Assembly: GCF_002214365.1 (NCBI RefSeq)
Contig: NZ_CP014854.1
Span: forward strand, 1,637,092 to 1,661,091
DNA from: Thermococcus celer Vu 13 = JCM 8558
GTDB lineage: Archaea > Methanobacteriota_B > Thermococci > Thermococcales > Thermococcaceae
Length of the DNA: 24,000 nt
Direction of reading: 5' to 3'
Each line of letters opens with the position of its first letter. The stretch's first letter is position 1. The notes under the pieces were generated by a model, which was given only the letters and a program-made list of their open reading frames with translations, had not been told where the DNA came from and made no database searches. The translations under genes and the position numbers were made by a program. Below are positions 1 through 9,256 of this stretch, in pieces.

Positions 1-659
1 CCCTTGAGGTGTCCCTCTGGACGATGGCCGCCCTCGGCCTCAGGCTGGTAATCTACAAGGCGATGGGGTTCTCGATAACCGGTCTCTGGTCGTGGCTCTT
101 CGTAATCGCCGTGATATCCATTTTCGGAAAGTTCAGGATGGTCGGGGACGCGGTAGGGCTCCTTGTCCTTGCGTACGTGGTTTACCTCGAGCCCGCACCA
201 GCGACGTGGGCGTTTCTCAGGCTCCTCGCCGTCCTGTACACCTTCAAGGTCTTCTTCTCCCTCGTGAAGTTCATGCGCGTCAATGTTCTGATGGAGGAGG
301 TTCCGGTGGAGAAACTGAGGGAGTGGGACATCCTCGGGGAAACCATCTTCGAGGGGGACGGTGAGGTCCTCAGGGACAGAACCGACTCGTTCACGAGGAT
401 AAAGAACGCACTCTTGACCCTCGACCTGCGCTCCCTCCATCCGGACTACGGGAGGGTCATAGCATCTTCGACCGCCGAGGGGCTGACGGAGGAACAGATA
501 GCCGAGCTGAAGCGCCTCGTCGAAGAGGGAAGGCTCGAGAACAGGTTTCTGAGAAAGAAGTCGATGCCCTTCGCCCCCGCCCTCTTCATTGGCTTCCTGA
601 TAAGCTACTTCTGGGGCGATATCTTCTGGTGGATAGAGCTCAAGCTCGCGGGCGCTTGA
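1..659 (+). CDS. Polytopic membrane protein, probable A24-family prepilin/preflagellin peptidase (FlaK/PibD-like), C-terminal part; 5' end lies outside the window
   Basis: The frame is open back to position 3, with no in-frame stop before the GTG at 9, so the ORF is cut by the window edge. It has three hydrophobic helices (LWSWLFVIAVISIFG, VGLLVLAYVVYL, LRLLAVLYTFKVFFSLV), a soluble insert of about 110 aa, and a last helix introduced by MPFAPALFIGF. That last segment resembles the PF-x-P-x-L-x-x-G C-terminal motif of type IV prepilin peptidases, and a soluble insert before the last TM is the FlaK architecture. The catalytic GxGD motif is not visible in the window. Confidence 0.45.
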   Translation, partial: LEVSLWTMAALGLRLVIYKAMGFSITGLWSWLFVIAVISIFGKFRMVGDAVGLLVLAYVVYLEPAPATWAFLRLLAVLYTFKVFFSLVKFMRVNVLMEEVPVEKLREWDILGETIFEGDGEVLRDRTDSFTRIKNALLTLDLRSLHPDYGRVIASSTAEGLTEEQIAELKRLVEEGRLENRFLRKKSMPFAPALFIGFLISYFWGDIFWWIELKLAGA

Positions 660-798
660 GAAAGGGATTTAAGGTCAAACTCGAAACCCCTAACGGCCCG
701 GCGTCTGCCCGCCCCGGGGAGGATGAACCGGGGATTCCTGTCGGGCCGACAGGGGGATGACGAGCTTTTGCTTTGCCGAACCGTGACGAGCACGCCCT

Positions 799-1434
799 TC
801 ACCGACCCCCTTCCTCCAAGAGTCCCTGGATTATCTCCTTTACCTCCCACAGGCTCTCGACGTTGTGGTCGCCCTCAACGCCCTCGTGCGGGTTTATCGC
901 TATGCTCACGTCGGCCTCCCTGAACATGCTGATATCGTTGTAGCCGTCGCCGACCGCCACCGTCAGCTCGGGTTTGAGCTCTTCCTTAAGCCCCCGCAGG
1001 ATCTTTCCCTTGCCCTCGAAGTCCACCGCCGGGTTCACCTTCCCGGTCACGACGCCGTTTTCGTCGAAGATGAGCTCGTTGGCGAAGACGTAATCGACGC
1101 CGAGCTCCTTCGCTATTCTCCCGGCAAGGCACATGAGCCCGCTCGACAGTATGGCCATCCTGAAATCGTTCTCCCGGAGGAACTCGATGAGCTCCCGGGC
1201 GCCGTCCATGTACCCCACCGAGTCGGCCCACTCCATTATCTCCTCCTTCGTGTGCCCCCGCCAGAGGGAGGCGTCGAGCTCGGCCCACCTCGCGTAGTCT
1301 ATCTTGCCGGAGAAGAAGAGGTCGGCGTACTCCCTCCCCGTATCCCACGTTCCAAAGCGCTTGTGGAGTTCAACCCAGCTCGATACGGATTTTACCAGCG
1401 TTCCCTCGAGGTCGAAGGCGATGAGCCTTACCAT
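799..1434 (-). CDS. HAD-superfamily hydrolase, subfamily IB (phosphoserine-phosphatase-like)
   Basis: HAD motif I is at the N-terminus (IAFDLEGTL; the second acidic residue is E rather than D). Motif II is ILSSG and motif IV is VGDGYNDISMF. The candidate promoter GCTTTTAAGGG and an SD GGTGGTGGT lie in the 39-nt gap upstream. Confidence 0.85.
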   Translation of the reverse strand: MVRLIAFDLEGTLVKSVSSWVELHKRFGTWDTGREYADLFFSGKIDYARWAELDASLWRGHTKEEIMEWADSVGYMDGARELIEFLRENDFRMAILSSGLMCLAGRIAKELGVDYVFANELIFDENGVVTGKVNPAVDFEGKGKILRGLKEELKPELTVAVGDGYNDISMFREADVSIAINPHEGVEGDHNVESLWEVKEIIQGLLEEGGR

Positions 1435-1473
1435 ACCACCACCGGAGAAGGGAGCGAGGGAACCCTTAAAAGC

Positions 1474-2175
<702 letters not shown>

Positions 2176-2177
<2 letters not shown>

Positions 2178-4137
2178 AGCCCTTCCGGGCCTGGTACCAG
2201 GCAAAGGTTATGATGACGAGGACGCCCAGAACAAAGCCCAGGACGCTCCATAGGACCTTTGAGGACACCGGCGTGTAGGGAACGGGACTAATGCTGGTGG
2301 TCACGGAAGTTTTCGTCTTCGTCTCGGTTTTGGTTTCCGTGTGCGTCGTCGTGTGGGTCTCCGTTACGGTCGCGGTGCCGTTGCAGGGGGCCGTGGTGGT
2401 CTCCGTGACTGTGACCGGGGTCTCGTTTTTAGGGGAAGTTGGCGGGGTGGCTACGTGTAGGCTGAGAGCACTCGAGTTCACGACGCCGAGCGGTGTCTCG
2501 ACCCTGAAGTCCAGTTCCTTTGTTCCCTCCATGTAGGGGATCACCCTCAGGCTGAGGGTGGCGTTTTCGCCGGGAAGAAGGGAGAGGGGGGCGATCATGA
2601 GGTTTCCGGCGGAGGAAAATACGCCATTTGGCTCAACGGCAACACCCTGGGGCAGGCTCACGGTGAGGTTCGCGGGAACAGAAACGTCCCCGGTGTTGGT
2701 CACCGTAATGTTGACCACGAGGGGGCGGTATATCAGAGTCCGATTGGATGACTCAACCCTCAGCCCGTAGGAGACCCTGGAGGGCTCAACGTTAACCCGG
2801 AGGTCGTTTGAGCGGAAGTTCAAAACGGTGTACCCACCGCACGCCAGTTCGAAGGGGGCGACCGCCTTGGCCTCAACGTGCCCCAGCGTGAGGTTTCCGG
2901 AGCGGTGCGGGAGGAGCTCAACCTGAAGGGTCTTTTCCTCATCGGGTTTGATCTTCGAAAGGAGCCAGCTACCCTTTGATATAAGCTCGACATCGCCCGC
3001 CGGGACGAATTTCAGGGAAACGTTTGAGAGATCCACGGTGCCGGTGTTCTTAACCCTCACACTCACGGTCATCGGGGCGTACTGCTTGCCGCCTTCCGAG
3101 GAAACGCTTATCAGGAGATTGGCCACCTTGTCAACGCGGGGTATTCTGGCCTCGTCCACGAGGGCGAAGAAAGTCGCGGTTCCGTCGGTTGTTACGCTCT
3201 CAAGCCCCACGGCAACGCCGCCGTAGTAGAGAAGGGTAGAAACGGAGGCGGTCGAAAGCCTGGCACTGCTCAACACCTTACCGCAAGGGTTGCGGAGTGA
3301 TACGGTGGCCCCCTCAAAGTAATCCTCGTATTTGAGTACGTAGGGTCCGACTTTCTGGGTCTGTCCGGGAGAAAGCGTGAAGGTCATATCTGGAACCCTC
3401 TCAACGTCAACGGAGGCGCCGATGAAGTTAACCACGACCTTGGCGTAATCCACGCCTGCCAGGTCCTCAACCTTGACGTGGAAGACCCCCACGTCGGCCT
3501 CCTTCCCGACCTCAACCGGATACGTGTCGTTCTTGTAGGTGAAAATAACGGTCTCCACAAGCCCACCCGTTGTGTTCTCAACGGTGGCGTTTGAGAAGGT
3601 GAGGGTGTAACCGTAGGCACTAACGTTCCCTCCCCGCTTGAGGTATCCATCGAAGACCTTGGGGTACGCCGACACCCTAACGTGGACGTTTTTGAAGGTG
3701 AAATCCGACGAGGTGAAGTCCTTTGATTGGTTGCCCTTGCTCACCCTCAGCTTTGCCCCCGAACTGCCGATGGAGAGTAGCGAGATCCTGTAGTCCCCAA
3801 AGGTGATGTTCTGGCCGGGGAAAACGTAGGAGAAGTTGACTTTGAGGAGCACGAGCGACTCACTGTTGACGAGGAGGCGGAGGTAGGTGAGCGTAGTCCG
3901 GCCGAAGGTCAGGTTTTGCCCAGGTTTAAGGATGAGGGTGCTCGAGGAACTGCCGTTACTCAGAACCATCATCAGTGAACCGTCATCGAGGGAGACGTCC
4001 CTCAGTTCGATGGTGGTCTTTCCGAGGGTTATAAAGCCCGGGACACCGATCCAGCCACCGAAGGAGGAGGCACTCACCCCACCGGCCAGTGAAAGGGTGA
4101 AAATAATCATCACGGCGATGCCCCATAGCTTCCTCAC
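2176..4137 (-). CDS. Secreted, C-terminally membrane-anchored, heavily N-glycosylatable surface protein (COG1361/CARDB-like S-layer-domain protein), last cistron of the fla operon
   Basis: Signal peptide MRKLWGIAVMIIFTLSLAGGVSA. I counted about 19 N-x-S/T sequons by hand. CARDB-like signatures are VSVRVKNTGTVDLSNVSLKF and VVNITVTNTGDVSVPANLTVSL. A Thr-rich stalk (TETHTTTHTETKTETKTKTSVTT) precedes the TM anchor LWSVLGFVLGVLVIITFAW. The GTG start overlaps the flaJ stop (GTGA), with GGGGGTGGT as SD. Confidence 0.7.
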
Positions 4138-5864
4138 GGTACCACCCCCAGGAGGTGGAGGATGATCTGAGCGGCTTCCCCCGTGGTGTTCAGTCCCATC
4201 ATCCTCGCCATGAGGGTCTGTCCAAGGTACATCCCCACGGCGAATATCCAGGAGAGTATCACGAAGTACCTCACACTGCCAAGTATGTGGCCTCCATCGG
4301 CCAGCTTGATGACCACCGCCGAGAGGAGGGAGTGTAGCACCATCATGGCGAGCATCAGGTAGGCGAGGAACCTCATTCCCGAGGGTGGAATGACGTGGAT
4401 TAGTTCGCCTATGTACTCAGTGGATATATTCATCTGGGAGAACATCTGGGTTATCGAAACCGCCACCTGAAACGAGGCCGCCAGGGAGAAGGCGAAGGCC
4501 CCTGTGAGGCCGTAGATGATGCCAACGAAGCTCGATATGCTCTGCTGTCTCTTCCTCCTCAGGCGGACCAGCCTCTCGAAGTTCCTGCTTATTACCAGGC
4601 CAACGTAATCGGGCTCGGCACCCATGCGGAGGCTCTCACGGAATATCTCCGAGAAGATTCCAACGAGCCAGCTTCCCGTTCCTGCTATGAAGAAGTCCCA
4701 GGCCCTGTCCCTGTCAACGCGGATGGCGAGGCGGCGGTAGAGGGCCTTGATATCGTCGGTGAGGGAACCGAAATCGTGGGCGCTGAGGTACTTAAGGACG
4801 AGGACGAGCGAGGCACCGCTCGCGGCGAGGGATGAGCTGAGACTCCTGATGAAGGCCGGGAAGTTCTCGTCCTTCCTGAATATTGATCTTTCTTCGTTAT
4901 TGACGACGTGGCCCAGGTAGAAAAACGGGGTCAGGACCCCGGCAAGGATGAAGGGTTCCGGAATCGAGTAACGCGACCTCAGAACGGCCACGTAGAGTAG
5001 GGCCACGATTAGACTACCCAGCGCGGAGTGCATCGCCGCCTTTTTTACCCTCTTCCGGCGCGGGTCCTCTATCCCCCTGCTCTCAGCCCATAGAGGATCC
5101 TCCGGCATTCTGAACTTAACGACAAGGAGTATCCCTATCTCAGAGGCGAGGATCATCGCGATCGCGTAGAGACCCATAGTGCCCAGGTCCATCCCGGTGA
5201 TTATCGGTCCGATGATGACGAAGGAAGCTATGAACACGACGGAGATGATTATGGACTCGTATATCTCCTTGAAGACGTCGAGGTCGTAGAGCGCGCCCTC
5301 ATAGAAGGTCTGATAGTCGTCCATAACCGTCTGTTGTTCCTGAAAGAGGTACTCCTTCAGGTCAACACCGCTGTCGAGGGAATAGGCCAGCCTGTCGAGG
5401 AAGTCAGAGAATATAACACTCGGGCTTCTCCTCGCGAGGAAACGAAAGGCCTCGGGCATTGAGAGGTGGAGTTTGTTGACTATCGTGTGGATCTTCCTCA
5501 GCTCGTTCGCTATGGCGCCGAGCTTGGGATCGCGCGCGAGTACCGCGATGAGGTCGGCACGGCCCATCTCGCTCGTGGACAGAACCGCGAAGTACGTTAT
5601 GAAGTACGGCATCTTCGAGTTTATCGATATCTTCTTTGAATCGGCCACGATGTAAGGATAAGCGGCGGCGTAGACGAGAAGGGTTATCGGGATCAAAAAC
5701 AGAAGAGTCTTAACGGCTCTGGACATGGGAAAGATGGCCCCTATGACACCAACTACGAGGAAGAGAACTGCCGAGAGGGCCATGTATGGCAGGAGCACCT
5801 TCTTTAGATAGGTCATCATGTCGAGGTCTGCCTTGGTGAAGATGCTGATCTTCTCCGCCTTCAT
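4134..5864 (-). CDS. flaJ: Archaellum polytopic membrane platform protein FlaJ/ArlJ (T2SS-F/TadC-like)
   Basis: 576 aa with many TM helices and two cytoplasmic helical domains. It sits directly after flaI, and AGGGGGT serves as SD in the 12-nt gap. Confidence 0.92.
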   Translation of the reverse strand: MKAEKISIFTKADLDMMTYLKKVLLPYMALSAVLFLVVGVIGAIFPMSRAVKTLLFLIPITLLVYAAAYPYIVADSKKISINSKMPYFITYFAVLSTSEMGRADLIAVLARDPKLGAIANELRKIHTIVNKLHLSMPEAFRFLARRSPSVIFSDFLDRLAYSLDSGVDLKEYLFQEQQTVMDDYQTFYEGALYDLDVFKEIYESIIISVVFIASFVIIGPIITGMDLGTMGLYAIAMILASEIGILLVVKFRMPEDPLWAESRGIEDPRRKRVKKAAMHSALGSLIVALLYVAVLRSRYSIPEPFILAGVLTPFFYLGHVVNNEERSIFRKDENFPAFIRSLSSSLAASGASLVLVLKYLSAHDFGSLTDDIKALYRRLAIRVDRDRAWDFFIAGTGSWLVGIFSEIFRESLRMGAEPDYVGLVISRNFERLVRLRRKRQQSISSFVGIIYGLTGAFAFSLAASFQVAVSITQMFSQMNISTEYIGELIHVIPPSGMRFLAYLMLAMMVLHSLLSAVVIKLADGGHILGSVRYFVILSWIFAVGMYLGQTLMARMMGLNTTGEAAQIILHLLGVVP

Positions 5865-5876
5865 GGCCCAACCCCC

Positions 5877-7520
5877 TCAGATCCTAAAGCTCAGTCCCTC
5901 AATGCCGCGCTGGTAGAACGCCTTGATCTCCCTGTAAACGTCCCAGTAGTTCGTTATACCGAGCTCGACCATCCTCTGGAGGATCCTCGCACGCAGGAAC
6001 AGCTCGTTGTAGATTTCCTTAGGATCCTCATAGCCCGCTATCTCGGCTATCTTCCGCTCAAGGATGTACGAGTTGTTGAAACCGCGGAAGATGTGCCTGT
6101 CCCCCACTGGGTCCCACTCGAAGACGTTCCTCGTGGCCACACCACCGAGTTCCTCGTAGTAACCCTCTATCTCAACGACACTGACGGTCCTCCTGAGGAA
6201 CTTGCCCTTGAGGTAAACGGCCTGCTGGAAGACGGCTATGTTGAGGTTGTCGATGAAGGTTATCGGGACGTTGATCGGATGCCCCGTGAAACGCTGTATC
6301 ATCTTCTTGATATCTCCGGCGTGGAAGGTGCTCATAACAGGGTGGCCCGTCTGCATGGCCTGGAACGCGATGGCACCCTCGGCACCACGGATCTCACCGA
6401 CGATGATGTAGTTGGGCCTCGAACGGAGCGCCGCCTTCAGGAGGTCAAAGAGCGTGACCCTGCTCTCTTCCGGTCCGCGCTCACGGGTTATGAGACGCTG
6501 CCATACAGGATGCGGAACGTGGACCTCCGGCGTGTCCTCAGCACTGTATATCTTCGAGCCGGGCTTTATGAACGGGATGATCGAGTTGAGGAGGGTGGTC
6601 TTACCTGAGGCAGTCTCACCGCAGACGAAGACGCTCATGCCGTACTCGAGGGCTATCCAGAGGTAGGCCGCAACCTCGGCGCTAAGGGTTCCCCACCCTA
6701 TGAGCTGGGTGATGCTTATCGGGGTCGCCGCGAACTTACGGATGGTTGCGCTCGGTCCCTTGATGGATATATCGGGTGAGTAGATTATGTTGATACGGGA
6801 ACCGTCGGGCAGGGCACCGTCAACTATCGGCGTCCTGTCGCTAACCGGCCTTCCGATGCGCTCCGCCATGTTCTTAAAGTAATCCGCCAGCTTGATGTCG
6901 TCGCCGAAGGTTATGTTGGTCTGCATCATCTCGAATATCTTGTGGACGAGGGAAACGTTGTTGGCGCCTATGATGTGGATGTCCTCAATGTACGGGTCTC
7001 TGGCCAGGGGCTCGAGGGGGCCGATTCCGATGATGTCGCGCTTGATGAGGTAGCGGAACTTCTCCATCTCGTTCTTGGTGATGCTGAACTTCTGTCCCTT
7101 CCCGAAGAGCCCCCCGCCCTTACCCGACTTGACGAGGGCCAGCACGGCCTCATCGAAGAGGGCATCGAGGAAGCGTTCAAACTCCTCCTGCTCCTCTGGT
7201 ATGTCCTTCGACGGTGCCATCTCGAGTATCTTGTCTCTGATCATGTTGTACTTCTGCTCTTCTTCCACACTCTGGATGCGGGGCTCTATGACTATGTACT
7301 TCTTTTCGGCGGTGGCGGGGTCGGTGAAGATGTGAACGAATATGGGGTCGCCTACCGGGTAGAGTATGTTGGGGTAGGGAATGTCCTTCATGTCCCTGCT
7401 GAGCTGGGCGTGAAACTCCGGTAGCTTACCGTATCTGCGCCTGAACTGATCGACGTACCTCCTGAGGTGGGGGTTTCTCGCCATCGCATCATCGAGGGTG
7501 TCGTTGAACGCCTGCGCCAT
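5877..7520 (-). CDS. flaI: Archaellum assembly/motor ATPase FlaI/ArlI (GspE/VirB11 superfamily)
   Basis: Walker A is GETASGKTTLLNS and Walker B is NYIIVGEIRGAEG. The His-box region is GHPVMSTFHAG. The start lies 1 nt after the flaH stop. Confidence 0.97.
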   Translation of the reverse strand: MAQAFNDTLDDAMARNPHLRRYVDQFRRRYGKLPEFHAQLSRDMKDIPYPNILYPVGDPIFVHIFTDPATAEKKYIVIEPRIQSVEEEQKYNMIRDKILEMAPSKDIPEEQEEFERFLDALFDEAVLALVKSGKGGGLFGKGQKFSITKNEMEKFRYLIKRDIIGIGPLEPLARDPYIEDIHIIGANNVSLVHKIFEMMQTNITFGDDIKLADYFKNMAERIGRPVSDRTPIVDGALPDGSRINIIYSPDISIKGPSATIRKFAATPISITQLIGWGTLSAEVAAYLWIALEYGMSVFVCGETASGKTTLLNSIIPFIKPGSKIYSAEDTPEVHVPHPVWQRLITRERGPEESRVTLFDLLKAALRSRPNYIIVGEIRGAEGAIAFQAMQTGHPVMSTFHAGDIKKMIQRFTGHPINVPITFIDNLNIAVFQQAVYLKGKFLRRTVSVVEIEGYYEELGGVATRNVFEWDPVGDRHIFRGFNNSYILERKIAEIAGYEDPKEIYNELFLRARILQRMVELGITNYWDVYREIKAFYQRGIEGLSFRI

Positions 7521-7521
7521 A

Positions 7522-8232
7522 TCACACCACCGCCGCGATTTCTACTATCAGACCGGCCTTCGGTTCCACACGGAAGGGAATAATCTTCTGAAACACGCCC
7601 TTCGCGTTGTTGTACTTGACTATGGTGGCCGAGTTCTTGAGGTCACCGCCGAAGACCTTAACGCTGAGCCTGATCAGCATGCTGGACGCTTCCTCGAGTA
7701 GGAAGAGGGAATCCCTGTCGACCTCCTCTGTGTTGGCGGTTAGTATTATCACCTTATCAAGGGAGGCCATCCTCTTCACGTACAGGAGGAAGTCCCGGAC
7801 TGCCTTCGGATCCTGCTCGCGGGAGAGGAGGGATGAAAATGAGTCGATGATCATGATATTGGGCTCCCAGAGGCGAGGCTCCCCGAAGAGCCTGCTAAAA
7901 AATTTCCTCTTCTCGCTCACGCCGGTTAGTAGGGGATATAGGGAGACGAACATGAGCTTCTTCCTGATTAGAAAAGGGATCACGCTGTAACCGATGGATT
8001 CCATCTGCTTTATGTACTCCACGGTGGTGTACTGACTCGAGATGTAGCTGGCGGTGTAACCGTTCATGAGGAAACCGTAGAGGAGGCGCTGGACGAACAC
8101 GGACTTACCCGTACCCCTGTCGCCCTCGATGAGCATGATGGTGCCCGCGGGGATGCCACCCCCAAGACGTCTGTGGAGCTCATCGCCCTTGAGTGCAATC
8201 TTCAGGACTTCCTCGACCAAGATGACCACCAC
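7522..8232 (-). CDS. flaH: Archaellum RecA/KaiC-like ATP-binding protein FlaH/ArlH
   Basis: Walker A is GDRGTGKS and the Walker-B-like segment is IMIIDSFSSL. Size (236 aa) and position between flaG and flaI fit. The start codon is uncertain: tandem GTGs at 8232 and 8229. Confidence 0.9.
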   Translation of the reverse strand: MVVILVEEVLKIALKGDELHRRLGGGIPAGTIMLIEGDRGTGKSVFVQRLLYGFLMNGYTASYISSQYTTVEYIKQMESIGYSVIPFLIRKKLMFVSLYPLLTGVSEKRKFFSRLFGEPRLWEPNIMIIDSFSSLLSREQDPKAVRDFLLYVKRMASLDKVIILTANTEEVDRDSLFLLEEASSMLIRLSVKVFGGDLKNSATIVKYNNAKGVFQKIIPFRVEPKAGLIVEIAAVV

Positions 8233-8271
8233 CGTCTCACGTTATTTTACCCAAAGATGATGCTACAGGAA

Positions 8272-8751
8272 CTACGGGGCCTTGAAGACCAGGCTGCGTT
8301 TCTTACCGTTCTCGAGGACCACCGTGATGGTGTAGTACTGACCGGATGTAAGTTTCGTGCCCCGCGTAACGTTCACTATCCCGACCTGATACGGGTTGAG
8401 GGCCGTTATCGCCTTCCCGGATACGTCCGTGAATGTAAGGTTGGAGGGCGGAACTATTTCCCCGTTGATGAACACCTGAACCGCATTGGCGGTGAACGGG
8501 ATGGGCTCCTTCCCGATGTTCTTTATGTAAAACGTGTAATTGTACGGCCCGGTTCCGCTCACGGGAATGTTGTTTGGGTCGTTTATTATGGCGAAGTCGG
8601 TCCTGAGCTGATTTGCCAGTGTTGCACCCCTGTCGTTCATGCCGTGGGCTATGTCCGTGGTAACGTAAGCCAGCGCGCCGGCCACGCTACCGGCGATGAT
8701 AACGGCCACGATGAACATGATGAGTTCGCTCGCTGGCCCTCCTGCCGCCAT
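8272..8751 (-). CDS. flaG: Archaellum protein FlaG/ArlG
   Basis: N-terminal archaellin-like hydrophobic helix (ELIMFIVAVIIAGSVAGALAYV) followed by a beta-rich domain, in the position after flaF. I place the start at the ATG at 8751, which overlaps the flaF stop (TGATG) and has a strong SD GGAGGTGA 4-5 nt upstream. The track's start at 8772 would lie inside flaF. Confidence 0.8.
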   Translation of the reverse strand: MAAGGPASELIMFIVAVIIAGSVAGALAYVTTDIAHGMNDRGATLANQLRTDFAIINDPNNIPVSGTGPYNYTFYIKNIGKEPIPFTANAVQVFINGEIVPPSNLTFTDVSGKAITALNPYQVGIVNVTRGTKLTSGQYYTITVVLENGKKRSLVFKAP

Positions 8752-9224
8752 CAGCTCACCTCCGTCGGACACTGGGTTGAAATACCCGTCACATCATAGA
8801 CCGAGTTGGTTGAATTGTAATAATAAGTCATCCCCCATATACATCCATTGTCAAAGGCAAGGACTAAAGTGTTAGTGGCACCGCTTTCATCGGCTCCCCC
8901 TTTGACCGTGATTGTGTAGTTATTATTGGGTATCAGGTAACCAAGGTCAACGGATGACACGTAAGTTCCGTTGTGGAGCACGACAACGTTTCCGCTGATG
9001 GTCTGACCGAGATATTCAAAAGTTATGATCACATCGGTGGAATTGTAGAGAAAACCTAAAAGCTCAACATCGAAATGAAGCTGTGAAAGCCTGAGCGAGT
9101 ACCAGTCCTCACGGGCGGCCTGTACACTGGAGTAGCTGTTGTCCCAGGCAGTGTAGAGGGTGCTGGCGGCTATCAAAAAAGAAATGAAGATTATGGCCGC
9201 ACTCGCCGATACGCTGAACCCCAT
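8751..9224 (-). CDS. flaF: Archaellum protein FlaF/ArlF
   Basis: Characteristic N-terminus MGFSVSASAAIIFISFLIAASTLY followed by a beta-sandwich-like domain, between flaD and flaG. GC content is noticeably lower than in the neighbouring genes. Confidence 0.85.
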   Translation of the reverse strand: MGFSVSASAAIIFISFLIAASTLYTAWDNSYSSVQAAREDWYSLRLSQLHFDVELLGFLYNSTDVIITFEYLGQTISGNVVVLHNGTYVSSVDLGYLIPNNNYTITVKGGADESGATNTLVLAFDNGCIWGMTYYYNSTNSVYDVTGISTQCPTEVS

Positions 9225-9256
9225 TGGCCGCCCCCCTCTCCCTGAACTCCTGCACC

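Noticed and set aside
700-800. GC-rich structured spacer with two RGGATGA words (720-726, 754-760) and hairpins (CCCCGG...CCGGGG; CCTGTCGG/CCGACAGG); considered as a C/D-box sRNA, tRNA or other ncRNA
   Set aside because: Both C-box-like words deviate from RUGAUGA. No CUGA D box sits at the required ~12-nt guide spacing, and there is no T-arm or acceptor structure for a tRNA. It is most simply stem-loops plus CTTTTGCTTTG acting as a terminator region between convergent genes. It remains unproven either way.
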